Source of the DNA: an uncultured Arcobacter sp.
GTDB taxonomy: Bacteria; Campylobacterota; Campylobacteria; Campylobacterales; Arcobacteraceae
Direction of reading: 5' to 3'
Length of the DNA: 64,000 nt
Assembly: GCA_965140705.1 (NCBI GenBank)
Contig: OZ223300.1
Location: 1,312,001-1,376,000 of the forward strand
Part shown: positions 38,249 through 49,466 of the stretch, in pieces
How positions within the stretch are numbered: the first letter of the stretch is position 1
Layout of the letters: each line of letters opens with the position of its first letter
Position numbers and translations under genes: made by a program
Notes under the pieces: generated by a model
Databases searched by the model: none
The model's input: the letters and a program-made list of their open reading frames with translations, nothing else
What the model was told of the DNA's origin: nothing

Positions 38249-40095
38249 GTTTTTATTATGAATTGGCACTATTAAAGTCACCCTTAGATAATTTGACCTA
38301 TTGTAGTGAGGAAAAAATAGAGATTGGAACACTAGTAGAAGTCTCTTTACAAAGAAGAAAGGTTTTATCAAAAGCTGTGGTTATAAAAGAAGTTGAAAAA
38401 CCAACTTTCAAGTGTATAACAATACAAACAATAACAAACTTTTTTTATTCTGTTGAGATGATTAAGATAGCTACTTTTACATCTATGTATTATGTATCCT
38501 CACTTGGGGAAGCTTTGTCTTTATTTATTCCCTTTGATAAAACTATAATGAAGTATAATGAAAAATATAGAGTTGAATCAAATATTGTTTTATCAAAAGA
38601 GCAAGAAGAAGCATATAGTTTTTGTATGAATCACAAACAATCTTTACTTTTTGCAAATACGGGTTCTGGAAAAACAGAAATTTATATTAAAACCATAGAA
38701 AAGTATCTAAATGAAGATAAACAAGCTATTCTTCTTATGCCTGAAATCTCTTTGACTCCACAGATGCAAAATAGATTGGAAAAAGTATTTAAAGAAAAAG
38801 TTGCTATTTGGCACTCTAAAATTACTAAAAAAAGAAAAGAAGAGATAATAAATAAAGTTTTATCAGGTGAGATAAAATTATTAGCAGGTGCTAGGTCAGC
38901 TCTATTTTTACCCTTAGATAATTTAGGTTTGATAATTGTTGATGAAGAGCACGATGAATCATATAAAAGTGATAGTAAACCAAGATACAATACAAAAGAT
39001 TTAGCTTTGTATATTTCAAAAACTTTAGATATTCAAGCTATATTAGGAAGTGCAACACCATCATTAAACACTTATCACAAAATTCCTTTTTATAGATTAT
39101 CCAAAACATATTTTGATACTAAAAAAAGTATAAATTATGATGATAGTACTTCAAACTTAAGTCCTAAAATTGTAAATAAAATAAAAAGTATAATTGAACA
39201 AAAACATCAAGTTATTATTTTCCTTCCTACAAGAGCTAATTACAAGTATCAAGTTTGTACAAGTTGTGGAAGCTCTGTAGAGTGTCCTTTTTGTTCTGTT
39301 TCAATGAGTCTACATAAAAATGCACTAGCACTTAAATGTCACTATTGTGGATATACTCAACAAATACCAAAAACATGTCCTTCTTGTAAAACAGGTGTTA
39401 TTCATAACCTAAGAGTTGGTACTGCTCAAATAGAAGAGGAGTTGAACTTTATCTTTCCAGATAAAATAATAAAAAGATTTGATAGAGATGAAGTAAAAAC
39501 AGATACACAATTGCGAAAAGTATTAGAAGAGTTTAATAAAAATAAAATAGATATTTTAGTTGGTACGCAAATGCTCTCTAAAGGACATGATTATCATAAT
39601 GTAAAACTTGCAGTTGTACTTGGAATTGATTCAATCTTAAAAATGAATTCATACAAAGCAAGGGAGAGGGCACTTTCTCTTTTGATTCAAATTTCTGGAA
39701 GAAGTGGAAGAAAAGGTGAGGGTGAAGTGATTATTCAAACTCAAAATAAAGAATTTTTTGATTTTTATTTAGGAAATAAAGATTATAAGGAGTTTTTAGA
39801 TGAAGAACTTACTTTTAGGGAAGAATTATATCCACCATATTATAAATTAGCAAAAGTTATTTTTGCCCATACAAATGGATTGAAAGTAAAAGATGAGTTT
39901 GATAGATATACAAAAATTTTAAAAGCAAATGAAAAAATAGAAGTAGTAGGAGCAAATCAATCTCCTATTTTCAAGTTATCAAATAAATATAGATATGAGA
40001 TATTACTTCGATCTAAAAATATAAAAGCTTTAATTGAAGTTTTACATAGTATAAAATCACCAATGGCAAGTATCGATATGGATACAATTTATTAA
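38245..40095 (+). CDS. priA: Primosomal protein N'
   Basis: TGSGKTE, DEEH, SATPS, four CxxC pairs. Confidence 0.96.
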   Translation: MSFYYELALLKSPLDNLTYCSEEKIEIGTLVEVSLQRRKVLSKAVVIKEVEKPTFKCITIQTITNFFYSVEMIKIATFTSMYYVSSLGEALSLFIPFDKTIMKYNEKYRVESNIVLSKEQEEAYSFCMNHKQSLLFANTGSGKTEIYIKTIEKYLNEDKQAILLMPEISLTPQMQNRLEKVFKEKVAIWHSKITKKRKEEIINKVLSGEIKLLAGARSALFLPLDNLGLIIVDEEHDESYKSDSKPRYNTKDLALYISKTLDIQAILGSATPSLNTYHKIPFYRLSKTYFDTKKSINYDDSTSNLSPKIVNKIKSIIEQKHQVIIFLPTRANYKYQVCTSCGSSVECPFCSVSMSLHKNALALKCHYCGYTQQIPKTCPSCKTGVIHNLRVGTAQIEEELNFIFPDKIIKRFDRDEVKTDTQLRKVLEEFNKNKIDILVGTQMLSKGHDYHNVKLAVVLGIDSILKMNSYKARERALSLLIQISGRSGRKGEGEVIIQTQNKEFFDFYLGNKDYKEFLDEELTFREELYPPYYKLAKVIFAHTNGLKVKDEFDRYTKILKANEKIEVVGANQSPIFKLSNKYRYEILLRSKNIKALIEVLHSIKSPMASIDMDTIY

Positions 40096-40167
40096 AAAAT
40101 ATATTTAATTTTCTCTTAGTAAAGTTTATAGTATAATCGGCAAAAAATTTATATAGGACAGAATAAT

Positions 40168-41355
40168 ATGATTTATACGGCAGATGAATTTAAAAAATTA
40201 GTTGAGGAAGTTCAATCACAAGATTGGTATAGAAATCCAATAGGATTTGGTATTGCAAGAGTTGATAGGGGACAATTAAATCCAGAAAAAATCTTACAAG
40301 CAACATATCCAGTTGTAAACTGGAATGAAAACTTTGGAAGTGCAGCTGTATTTTTAAATGCATTAAAACAATCAGGTGCAGATGTTGATACAACAAAATC
40401 AGAGTTAGTATGTAATGTTACAGATGATTTTTTAACTTCTTGTATTGAAGCTTTTAGACCATTTAATCCAGAAGCAAAAGGTGACGCACATAGAAATGTA
40501 CAAGTTATCTCATCACTTGCTACTTTACCTTTAGATTCAGGTTTAAGTCCTGATGACTTTAAAGTAGTATTTATTTTTGAAGATACGAATCCAGTAAGTG
40601 TTGAATCTGTTTATTTAAAACTTTATGCACTATCCCTTGGAAAAGCAAAATTAAGAAGTCTTAATTTAAATGGTGCCTTTGGTGTATTAGAAAATTGTGC
40701 ATGGACTGGAAGTCAACCTATAGAGTTAGACTGGTTAAGAGCAAATGAAATTTCACTAAAAATCACTAATCAATATCCAGAAATAACAATGGTAGATAAA
40801 TTCCCAAGATTTTTATCTCATGTTATTCCTGCTGATAATACAAGAATTTTGGAAACTTCAAAAGTAAGATTTGGAGCACAATTAGCAGCTGGAACAACTG
40901 TTATGCCAGGAGCTGCTTATATTAACTTCAATGCAGGTACTGAAGGTGCTGTTATGGTTGAAGGAAGAATCTCTTCAAGTGCAGTAGTTGGTGCTGGTTC
41001 TGATGTTGGTGGTGGAGCTTCTATTCTTGGAGTTTTATCAGGTACTGATGGTGTTCCTGTTTCTATTGGAGAGAATACTCTTCTTGGAGCGAATTCTTGT
41101 ACTGGTACTGCTATTGGTGATGGTTGTATACTTGATGCTGGTGTTACTATCTTACCAGGAACTAAAGTTACACTTTCTGAAAAAGCAGTTGCTGCATTAA
41201 AAGAGATTAATCCTGATAAAGAGATTACAACAGTTATGAAAGGTAGTGACTTTTTTGGAGTTAATGGTGTTCATTTTAGAGTAAATTCTCAAACAGGTCA
41301 AACTATTGCTATGAGAAGTACAAGAGAAGTAAAACTTAACGCTGATTTACACTAA
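40168..41355 (+). CDS. dapD: Tetrahydrodipicolinate N-succinyltransferase
   Basis: VDKFPR, GTTVMPG, EGRISS hexapeptide region. Confidence 0.93.
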   Translation: MIYTADEFKKLVEEVQSQDWYRNPIGFGIARVDRGQLNPEKILQATYPVVNWNENFGSAAVFLNALKQSGADVDTTKSELVCNVTDDFLTSCIEAFRPFNPEAKGDAHRNVQVISSLATLPLDSGLSPDDFKVVFIFEDTNPVSVESVYLKLYALSLGKAKLRSLNLNGAFGVLENCAWTGSQPIELDWLRANEISLKITNQYPEITMVDKFPRFLSHVIPADNTRILETSKVRFGAQLAAGTTVMPGAAYINFNAGTEGAVMVEGRISSSAVVGAGSDVGGGASILGVLSGTDGVPVSIGENTLLGANSCTGTAIGDGCILDAGVTILPGTKVTLSEKAVAALKEINPDKEITTVMKGSDFFGVNGVHFRVNSQTGQTIAMRSTREVKLNADLH

Positions 41356-41373
41356 ATAAAAAGATTAATAAAT

Positions 41374-41409
41374 AAAAAAGGGATGAGTTATATACTCATC
41401 CCTTTTTTT
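41374..41409. terminator. Bidirectional intrinsic terminator
   Basis: AAAAAAGGGATGAGT-tatat-ACTCATCCCTTTTTTT between convergent genes. Confidence 0.85.
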
Positions 41410-41430
41410 ATAATTAGTATAAATATGATA

Positions 41431-43263
41431 CTAGAATAATTCTACACTAGTTTTTTGTTCTTTTGAAAATCTTACAACTTTATCTCTACCACTACTTTTA
41501 GCTTCATATAGAGCAATATCAGCATTTTTAACAACAGTATCAAATAGATTTGAATCATCTGGATACATTGATAATCCTATACTTACTGTCTTTTTAATAG
41601 TTGTACCTGCATAAACATCTATCTCATTTTCTCTTACTTTTGCTCCAATTTTATGTGCTATATTCATGGCACTTTCTTCTGAATCAACACCAATTAGAAG
41701 TACCATAAACTCTTCACCACCATATCTAATTATGATATCAGATTCTCTTACATTTTCTTCTAAAGTTCTAGATAAACCTTTTAGTACTTTATCTCCAATA
41801 TCATGTCCATATTCATCATTAACTGCTTTAAAATGATCCATATCTAACATCAATAGACCAATTTTCTTTTTATCTCTTTTTATTTGAGGAAGAAGTTTTT
41901 TCAAATGTTCATCAATAAATTTTCTATTATATAGTTGTGTTAATCCATCTTTAAATGCAGAATCTTCTAAAGCTTGCATTAATAGTTTAACTTCAACAGC
42001 TGGTCGAGCCTCTTTTAAAAATCTATTTATAAATAGACTTTTATTTTTTAATTCTTCAAGTTCTTTTTCAGAATCAGTTACAAAATGCACTATAAGATAT
42101 AAGTTCTCAACAATATCAATATTTAAACAATAATAAAATTTGTCCTTTTTAGTAAAGTATGGACAACTCTCATGGAAATCAATGGAAACAACATCACTTT
42201 TTGTTCTAGCTGCTCTACAAAGATGAGGGTTGTCTTTTATTGCATCATGGCAATAAAGTGATTCTCCCACACTAACTACCTTTTGCATTTTTTGTTTTTT
42301 TATATCTATTTCAAAAAATGTAAAATTTTTTAGATGGAATTTATTTTCAAAAACTTGAGAAATTCTTTGATAAATCTCCTCTTTCGTACTATCTAGTTCC
42401 ACTTGTTTTTTAAATTGATATAAATTTGATAAGTTATCAATTATATCTTTTGATTCATTAAGTGGATTTGTATTTAAATTACTTCTATCTCTATATCCAA
42501 CAAAACCTTGAAGCTTTTTATCAATATCAAGGGAAGTATCTTTAAATATAGTGATTAGGTTATTATAATCATTCGTTACCTGTACTACATCAGTTGTTAA
42601 ACCATTTGGAATATCTATTCTTTTAAACTTTCCAACCTTAGCTTGATTGATATTATCTCTTAATTTCATGTATAGAGAAAGATAAGGATTAAATACTTTT
42701 TTTGAAAATAAGAATACAATAATTACTGCTAAAAGAATAATAGTTAATATTACATAGATTGATCTAACACCAATCTCTTTTAAAGTACTAACATCCAATA
42801 CTATACTAATAGCACCTAAGGTATCACCCTCAGAAACATTGTGACACTCTAAGCAACTAACTGTTGCTTTATAAGGAATTGTAACCCTTACATTAGTATT
42901 AATAAAACCCTCTTTAACAATATATTCTGTTTCCCCATTTTTTATAACTTCTTTATCTAAGTTATCTTTTGGATTTTTAAAACTTTTTGTTTCAAATTTT
43001 GGATTTTGAATCTTATCAGATCTAACAAGCCATAAGTCTTTTATATTTCTAATAGAAGAGACATTATTTAAAAACTCATCAATGTTTGAGTCTTTTTCAA
43101 CATGTAGCGCCAATCCACTTTTTATTACTTCAGATATTGATTCTGCTGTAGTAACTGAAGATTTGATAGATACAGTTCTTAAATTATAAAGTGAAATAGC
43201 CGTAATAAAAATAGCAACTAAAATAAGTAAAATTAAAAATTGAACAATAATATTTTTTTTCAT
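41431..43263 (-). CDS. Diguanylate cyclase with periplasmic CxxCH-containing sensor
   Basis: TM, SCLECH, TM, GGEEF with RESD I-site. Confidence 0.88.
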   Translation of the reverse strand: MKKNIIVQFLILLILVAIFITAISLYNLRTVSIKSSVTTAESISEVIKSGLALHVEKDSNIDEFLNNVSSIRNIKDLWLVRSDKIQNPKFETKSFKNPKDNLDKEVIKNGETEYIVKEGFINTNVRVTIPYKATVSCLECHNVSEGDTLGAISIVLDVSTLKEIGVRSIYVILTIILLAVIIVFLFSKKVFNPYLSLYMKLRDNINQAKVGKFKRIDIPNGLTTDVVQVTNDYNNLITIFKDTSLDIDKKLQGFVGYRDRSNLNTNPLNESKDIIDNLSNLYQFKKQVELDSTKEEIYQRISQVFENKFHLKNFTFFEIDIKKQKMQKVVSVGESLYCHDAIKDNPHLCRAARTKSDVVSIDFHESCPYFTKKDKFYYCLNIDIVENLYLIVHFVTDSEKELEELKNKSLFINRFLKEARPAVEVKLLMQALEDSAFKDGLTQLYNRKFIDEHLKKLLPQIKRDKKKIGLLMLDMDHFKAVNDEYGHDIGDKVLKGLSRTLEENVRESDIIIRYGGEEFMVLLIGVDSEESAMNIAHKIGAKVRENEIDVYAGTTIKKTVSIGLSMYPDDSNLFDTVVKNADIALYEAKSSGRDKVVRFSKEQKTSVELF

Positions 43264-43307
43264 ATTTCCCTTTCAAAGAATGTATTTTAATACAATTATT
43301 ATTAAAT

Positions 43308-44612
43308 TTATTGGAATATGTCTGCTGGATCTATATATTTGTTATTTACAATCGCTTCAAAGGTTAAAGTCTCATCAACTCTTCCTACTACATAGCCTTT
43401 TTTTATCCACTTTCCAACTTTTAATGTTGGTGAAATTTGGTCCAAATGTGAATAAATAGTATATAAACCATTTCTATGTTGAATAATTACAAGATTTTCC
43501 AACATTCCAGAATTATTTTTGGAATATACAACTTTTCCATCAAGTACAGAAAAGACTTTTGCATCGGGTTCATTTGTTTTTAATAAAACTGATTCATTAA
43601 ATAATTTAATTTTATAAACTGGATCATAATATTTACCAAATTTCTTTAAAATAGTATATGATTTTAAAGGAGCAATTGTTTTTTTACCTCTATATTTACC
43701 TATTTTAACACCTTTTGTAGATGAACCTAAAATTCTTACGTCTAAGTCTATATCTTCTGCATTATCCCTTTGCACAGTTTTTTGTGTTTTTTGTACATTA
43801 TTTGCTTTATTTTTAGCTTCTTCTACTTGTCTTTCTTCTTCTCTTTTCTTTTTAAGAGCTAAAAGTTTGGCTCTTTTTTTAGCCTCTTCTTCTTTTTTTA
43901 ATTCTTTTTCTTTTAAGATATTAAGAGTTGAAAGTAAGTTTGTTAGAGAGTTTTGTTTTTTTATTATCTTTTTTAACTCAGCTTGGTAAAGTTTATGTTT
44001 TTTTTCAATTGAAGCCAATGAATCAGAGTGTTTATTTAATAAGTAATTTAATATTTTCTTTTTCTTTTCTCTTTTTTCAATATAGACATTTAATTTTCTA
44101 ATTTCTCTTTCATTATCACTCTTATTTTGAGTTATTTTCATATATTGATTATCTATTTTTAACATATTATCTTTTGCTTCTGAAGATAATATTTCATAAA
44201 TTTCATTTTGTGTTAATTCTTGAAGAGAGTCTTTATTTGCAAGTTTCATAGCAACAGCAGAAGAATAATCTTCTATAATAGTATTTATTAATTCTTCTTC
44301 ATAATCTTTTTTTTGATTTTGAAGTATTTTACCTTTGATACTTAGTTCATCCAAGTTTTTCCTAGAATCTTTTAACATCTCTTTATGTTCATTGATATCT
44401 TTTGTTACAAGGTCAATCTCTTTTTCTAACTTTTTTAATTCTTCATTTTGGTCTTCAATTTGAGTAGCTAAAGATTGAATTTTTTGCTCAGTTCTATTTT
44501 TAACATTTTTATTTTTAGACAAAATCGTTTTATTATTTTGAATTTTGTCATCAATAGAGCTAGCCTGAAGAGTAATAGTGATAAATAAAGTTATGAATAA
44601 TAGTCTATGCAT
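43308..44612 (-). CDS. envC: Murein hydrolase activator EnvC family (coiled coil plus M23-like domain)
   Basis: Long coiled coil, C-terminal M23 fold (YTIYSHL); downstream of ftsX. Confidence 0.8.
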   Translation of the reverse strand: MHRLLFITLFITITLQASSIDDKIQNNKTILSKNKNVKNRTEQKIQSLATQIEDQNEELKKLEKEIDLVTKDINEHKEMLKDSRKNLDELSIKGKILQNQKKDYEEELINTIIEDYSSAVAMKLANKDSLQELTQNEIYEILSSEAKDNMLKIDNQYMKITQNKSDNEREIRKLNVYIEKREKKKKILNYLLNKHSDSLASIEKKHKLYQAELKKIIKKQNSLTNLLSTLNILKEKELKKEEEAKKRAKLLALKKKREEERQVEEAKNKANNVQKTQKTVQRDNAEDIDLDVRILGSSTKGVKIGKYRGKKTIAPLKSYTILKKFGKYYDPVYKIKLFNESVLLKTNEPDAKVFSVLDGKVVYSKNNSGMLENLVIIQHRNGLYTIYSHLDQISPTLKVGKWIKKGYVVGRVDETLTFEAIVNNKYIDPADIFQ

Positions 44613-45423
44613 TTTTAATTTTATATCTAAAAAGTACTCCAAAAATTGTAACTATTGATATACCAAAAGATAATAAAAATAGTTTTAAAACCTCTATTTC
44701 AACAAAAATTTTTGTGTTTATAATATCATTTAATTCAACAGGCAAGAGCATATTTAAATTATATGAAACAAATATGAGTAAAGTTGCAGAGATTATAAAA
44801 GAAATAAATGCACCATAAATAGCATGTTTTATCACAGGGGAAGCACTATATAAAATAGAAGCACCATGAAGTTGAAAGATCATAATTCTTTGATTATGTG
44901 CAAAAAACCAAATAGTAACTTGTTTTGAAAGAATAATTACTACAAATATTAGTATTAAACCAAATAATACAATTATAATATTATTTATCATTAGAAGTAA
45001 AAGATAGATTTGATTATGATTTTTTGAAAAAATTTCTATTCTTTTTATATTTTTGTCATTTAAAAGCGAAGCCCTTATTTTTTTTAACTCAGTGGATGTT
45101 GGAAAAGAGTTTAAATGTATTTCATAAAAGTGTGGTAATCTTTTATTTAATAAATCAATAGAGCTATCTGATAAAGTACTTTTAACATTGTCTATAATAC
45201 TTTTATTTGATAAAGTAATTATTTTATCGACTTTTATTCCAGCTATTGTATCAAAGTTCTCTTTTATCAAAGGAGTATGGGTAATTATTACTATAGAATA
45301 GTCATTTGATATCTTTTTTTTATAAGTATTAACAACATTATTTGTTAAAAGATATATTGAAAATGTTATTAACATCACAGTTAAAGGAATGACAAAAGTA
45401 AGTGTATTTTTAAGAGACTTCAT
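44605..45423 (-). CDS. ftsX: Cell division permease FtsX
   Basis: Four-TM pattern, LHGAS; between ftsE and envC. Confidence 0.82.
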   Translation of the reverse strand: MKSLKNTLTFVIPLTVMLITFSIYLLTNNVVNTYKKKISNDYSIVIITHTPLIKENFDTIAGIKVDKIITLSNKSIIDNVKSTLSDSSIDLLNKRLPHFYEIHLNSFPTSTELKKIRASLLNDKNIKRIEIFSKNHNQIYLLLLMINNIIIVLFGLILIFVVIILSKQVTIWFFAHNQRIMIFQLHGASILYSASPVIKHAIYGAFISFIISATLLIFVSYNLNMLLPVELNDIINTKIFVEIEVLKLFLLSFGISIVTIFGVLFRYKIKNA

Positions 45424-46072
45424 ATATTATTCCATCTTCAATTGATAATTGTCTAAATCTTATTCCAAAGTTTTTAGGTACTCTGTGTGTTACTACAACT
45501 ACAGTGATTCCTAGTTGTTCATTTGCACCTTTTAATAAATTCCAAACCACATCAGCTGAATAATCATCAAGATTTCCAGTTGGCTCATCTGCTATTATTA
45601 TTTTTGGATTGTGTGCTAGTGCTCGTGCTACAGCAACCCTTTGTTGCTCTCCACCACTAAGCTCATTTGGATAATAACCTTTTCTATGAGAAAGTTTTAC
45701 ATGATTTAGAAGTTTATTTGCTTGCTCTGCTGAAATTTCATGGGAATAACCATTTATTTTAAGAGGTAACATTATATTTTCTTCTATGGTCCACTCTTGT
45801 ATTAATTTATAATCTTGAAATATAACACCAACATCTTTTCTAAGGTCCCTTAGATTTCTATTTCCTATGTGCGCTAATTCAAAATTATCAATTATAAAAC
45901 TTCCATGTTTTAGTGGTATATCTCCATACATCGCTTTTATTAGAGTTGACTTTCCACTTCCACTAGCCCCTCCAATAAAAATGAACTCTTTATGTCTTAT
46001 ATGGAAAGTTCCTTTTTTTATGACAAATTTATTTTCATCATAAGCTAAATATATGTTTTTAGCAGTAATCAT
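45410..46072 (-). CDS. ftsE: Cell division ATPase FtsE
   Basis: [27 protein letters not shown]. Confidence 0.92.
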   Translation of the reverse strand: MITAKNIYLAYDENKFVIKKGTFHIRHKEFIFIGGASGSGKSTLIKAMYGDIPLKHGSFIIDNFELAHIGNRNLRDLRKDVGVIFQDYKLIQEWTIEENIMLPLKINGYSHEISAEQANKLLNHVKLSHRKGYYPNELSGGEQQRVAVARALAHNPKIIIADEPTGNLDDYSADVVWNLLKGANEQLGITVVVVTHRVPKNFGIRFRQLSIEDGIIYEVS

Positions 46073-47261
46073 TAGTTAATATCTCTTTCATTTTATTATG
46101 AGCTTTTATATTACTACTTGTAGGAATAGGTTCACCTTGGTAGTAAGATATAATTCCATCCTTTATTATTAAGTATTTAGATAGGGGTCTATTAAAAGAA
46201 CCAAAGGTTACTTGAATAAGTCCAGAATTTTGTTCATTTTCAATAAGATAAAAATCTTCAATATGGTAAAAGAAATCATCAAAAATCATAGACTTTTGTG
46301 GTACAGTTTCAAATATTTCTATTAGATTATCTACTCTTCCAAAAGAGAAATCTTTATTTGGTTCAATATCTTCATCAATACTATAAGAATATAGGGTTAC
46401 ATCATATATATTTTTGTTTTGTTTTTTCCATCTATCTTCATATTTACTAGATATTGGTAAGTCCTTATTTATATCAATTTCAATTTTCCCACTATTTAGG
46501 TTTGTTAATAAATCAACACAAAAATCAAAATATTTTCTACTATCAGTTCTAAGTTCTAGTGTTCCTGTAAATTTTAGTACTCTTTTAGCTTCATGTATAA
46601 AGTCATTACTATAAACTCTTCTATGTGGTTTTTTATCCCAAGGTACTGGGAAATGCACAAAAATTCTTCCTACTGAATTTGATTTTATAAATTCCATAAA
46701 AAGTCTAGCATCATAATTTATAACTAAGATATTTTTGATATTTAGGATTTTTATTTGTTTTAGTACTTGTTCAATAGAGGGAGTATGTATTTCAATACCA
46801 ATAAATTGAATATCTGGATTATTTTGTGCTTGATATAATAAATGTCTTCCTGAACCAAATCCCACTTCAATTTGTATCTCTTTTTCAGTTTCAAATTCAT
46901 TTACAAAGTATTCTATATCTTTTAAGTACTCTTTTTCTGGTTCTATTTTTTGAGATAAATTATTTGTATTTGAAAAAATTATGCTAGCATTTGTATGAGT
47001 TGCATAAGTATTTAAAGCATCTTTTACAAGTGTAACAGGAGTAACTCTTGTTACTTTATCTGCTTTTACTATTTTATTTTCTTTATTGTCTTTTACTGTT
47101 AGTAAAAAATCTTTTTTTTGGTTTGAAACACCTATTTTATACTCGATTTTTTTAGGTTTTTCACTTAGATGATAAGATTTTGCTATAAACTTAAAATCAA
47201 CACCATCTTTATTTGATGGTGTTATTAATTCACCATTATTATTAAATACTATGTGCGGCAT
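46059..47261 (-). CDS. trmB: tRNA (guanine-N7)-methyltransferase
   Basis: EVGFGSG, FPVPWDKKPHRR, LRTD. Confidence 0.93.
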   Translation of the reverse strand: MPHIVFNNNGELITPSNKDGVDFKFIAKSYHLSEKPKKIEYKIGVSNQKKDFLLTVKDNKENKIVKADKVTRVTPVTLVKDALNTYATHTNASIIFSNTNNLSQKIEPEKEYLKDIEYFVNEFETEKEIQIEVGFGSGRHLLYQAQNNPDIQFIGIEIHTPSIEQVLKQIKILNIKNILVINYDARLFMEFIKSNSVGRIFVHFPVPWDKKPHRRVYSNDFIHEAKRVLKFTGTLELRTDSRKYFDFCVDLLTNLNSGKIEIDINKDLPISSKYEDRWKKQNKNIYDVTLYSYSIDEDIEPNKDFSFGRVDNLIEIFETVPQKSMIFDDFFYHIEDFYLIENEQNSGLIQVTFGSFNRPLSKYLIIKDGIISYYQGEPIPTSSNIKAHNKMKEILTNDYC

Positions 47262-47262
47262 A

Positions 47263-48537
47263 TTATTTATCTAATAGTTTAGGTAATACTAATAATGTTT
47301 CGTTTGTTCTATCTGAAACAATACCATTTTCATCAACTGCTTCAATAGAATAGTTATATTCAACACCTCTTACGATGTCTTTGTCTTCAAATCTTAAATC
47401 TGTAATATTTGTATATTTTTGTTTTCTTACTTTAAAAAATCCATCTTTGATAGTCTTATATACATTATAAGACACAGCTCTATTATCCCCTGGTTGCCAA
47501 TTTAATATAGCTTTTTCACCTTGAATTTGAGCAAGTGTTAAAATAGGTTTATTAAGTTTTGTAAGAGTGATTCCCATCACTGGATTTACTTCTTTACTAC
47601 TTTCTAAACCATCTTTATCAACTGTAGTAATTTTATAAAAATATCTTTTCCCATCTTTATTTATAAAATCTTCATAAGAAGTTGTATCTGTATTTAATTC
47701 TTTTAATTCACTAAAAGAACCATCAGGAGAAGTATTTCTATAGATTTTATATTTTACAACATCAACAGAAGATGAAGGTTGCCAATTTAATGTTATCTTT
47801 TTTGGTTGATTATTTGTAGCCGTTAAGTTTTGAACACCTGCTGGTAAAGCTTTTGTTTGAGCTTTTACTATTTGACTATCTTCTGATGGTATATCATCAA
47901 ATGTATAGGCTACAACTTTATATAAATAAACAACATTATCTTTTAAATCTGTATCAATATATTCAGCTTGTAATCTACCATCTAGTGTCGCTAATTTTTC
48001 CCAATCAGAATCTTGTGGTGTTGATCTAAATACTTTATAATATTCAATAGCCTCATTTTCATGTGGTCTCCAGATTATTTTTATTTGTCTTGGAAGATTA
48101 GAAATTGCTTGAATAAATGCAATTGGTTCAGGTCTTGGTAAAGTCATAACTTGAAACATTTTTGTAGGTTTTGATTCTACGTCATTAGCTGTACCACTTG
48201 AAAATGTATATGCATATTTCGTATTTGGTTTTAAATCAGTATCTAAGTAGTGTGAAGAGTATCTATTGTCAATAAATTTAACTAATTTTAGTTTTGTACT
48301 CTCTTCATTTAAATTTGCTCTATAAAGGTTATATCCAGTAACTCTTGAATCGTCAACTTTTTGCCATTCAAATGCAATTGATGTGATACCTGCAATAGTT
48401 CTAATAGAGTTTGAGTCAATTACTTCTAATGTCTCATCGATTTTAGGTTTACTTCCTTCTCCTAAATTCTTAGTGCTACAACCACTAATCAATAAAATTA
48501 AAAGAAGAGCTGATGAAATTTTTATCCATTTTGTCAT
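47263..48537 (-). CDS. Fibronectin type III repeat lipoprotein (FlpA-like)
   Basis: Lipobox ISGC, four FN3 repeats. Confidence 0.85.
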   Translation of the reverse strand: MTKWIKISSALLLILLISGCSTKNLGEGSKPKIDETLEVIDSNSIRTIAGITSIAFEWQKVDDSRVTGYNLYRANLNEESTKLKLVKFIDNRYSSHYLDTDLKPNTKYAYTFSSGTANDVESKPTKMFQVMTLPRPEPIAFIQAISNLPRQIKIIWRPHENEAIEYYKVFRSTPQDSDWEKLATLDGRLQAEYIDTDLKDNVVYLYKVVAYTFDDIPSEDSQIVKAQTKALPAGVQNLTATNNQPKKITLNWQPSSSVDVVKYKIYRNTSPDGSFSELKELNTDTTSYEDFINKDGKRYFYKITTVDKDGLESSKEVNPVMGITLTKLNKPILTLAQIQGEKAILNWQPGDNRAVSYNVYKTIKDGFFKVRKQKYTNITDLRFEDKDIVRGVEYNYSIEAVDENGIVSDRTNETLLVLPKLLDK

Positions 48538-49447
48538 TTATAGTCTCCATATTAAAGTTTTCATTTAAAAATTCATTTATATCATTTGTTATGTTTGCTT
48601 TAAAATCCATTTTTTCATTTGTGATAGGATGGATTAAATATAAGTTAAAAGCATGTAGATAAAATCGATTTATTTTATTTAATTCGCCCTTAAAGCCATA
48701 TAAATTATCACCTAATATGTGTCGATTGATACTATTTAAATGTACTCTTATTTGATGCGTTCTTCCTGTAAAAAGTTTACAACAAATTAGTTCATATTTT
48801 TCATCTTTACTAATATCCAATTTTGCAAATGCAGTTTTGGCATTTTTCCCATTTTCGACAATTCCCATTTTTAGTCTATTATTTGGGTTTCTAGCTATTG
48901 GTCTATTAATTACTATATTATCTTTTAGAGGTAAGTCAATTATTGCTAAATAGTATCTTCCCATAGTTTTGTCTTCAAGTTGTTTTGATAGATTAACATG
49001 TGCTTCATTTGTTTTTGCAACAACCATAACCCCACTTGTACCCTTATCTAATCTATGTACAATACCATGTCTTTCTTCACCACTAATAGTAGAAAGTGAT
49101 ATGTTTTTAGTCTTTAGCCAATCTACTAGTGTAGGCTCCTTTACACTTGCAGCTGGATGCACTACTAAATTATATGGTTTATTTATAACTAAAATATGTT
49201 CATCTTCATATATTACTTCAACATCAAAATCAACATCAAAACTAATACTCTCTTCAACTTCTGGAAGTTCCACTAAAATCTCTTGATTTTCTTTTAATTT
49301 ATAACCTGTTTTTGTGATTATTTTACTATCTACTTTTACGTACTCTTTTTTTATAAGTTGTTCTATTTGATTCCTTGACTCACCAAGCTTTTCAGACAAA
49401 AATTTATCTAGTCTTGATTCTTCAAAAACAATAAAGTTTTTATGCAT
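48485..49447 (-). CDS. rluD: RluA-family pseudouridine synthase (RluD-like)
   Basis: S4 domain, HRLDKGTSG, TGRTHQIR. Confidence 0.88.
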   Translation of the reverse strand: MHKNFIVFEESRLDKFLSEKLGESRNQIEQLIKKEYVKVDSKIITKTGYKLKENQEILVELPEVEESISFDVDFDVEVIYEDEHILVINKPYNLVVHPAASVKEPTLVDWLKTKNISLSTISGEERHGIVHRLDKGTSGVMVVAKTNEAHVNLSKQLEDKTMGRYYLAIIDLPLKDNIVINRPIARNPNNRLKMGIVENGKNAKTAFAKLDISKDEKYELICCKLFTGRTHQIRVHLNSINRHILGDNLYGFKGELNKINRFYLHAFNLYLIHPITNEKMDFKANITNDINEFLNENFNMETINDKMDKNFISSSFNFID

Positions 49448-49466
49448 ATTTTGATACTCTTTCATT

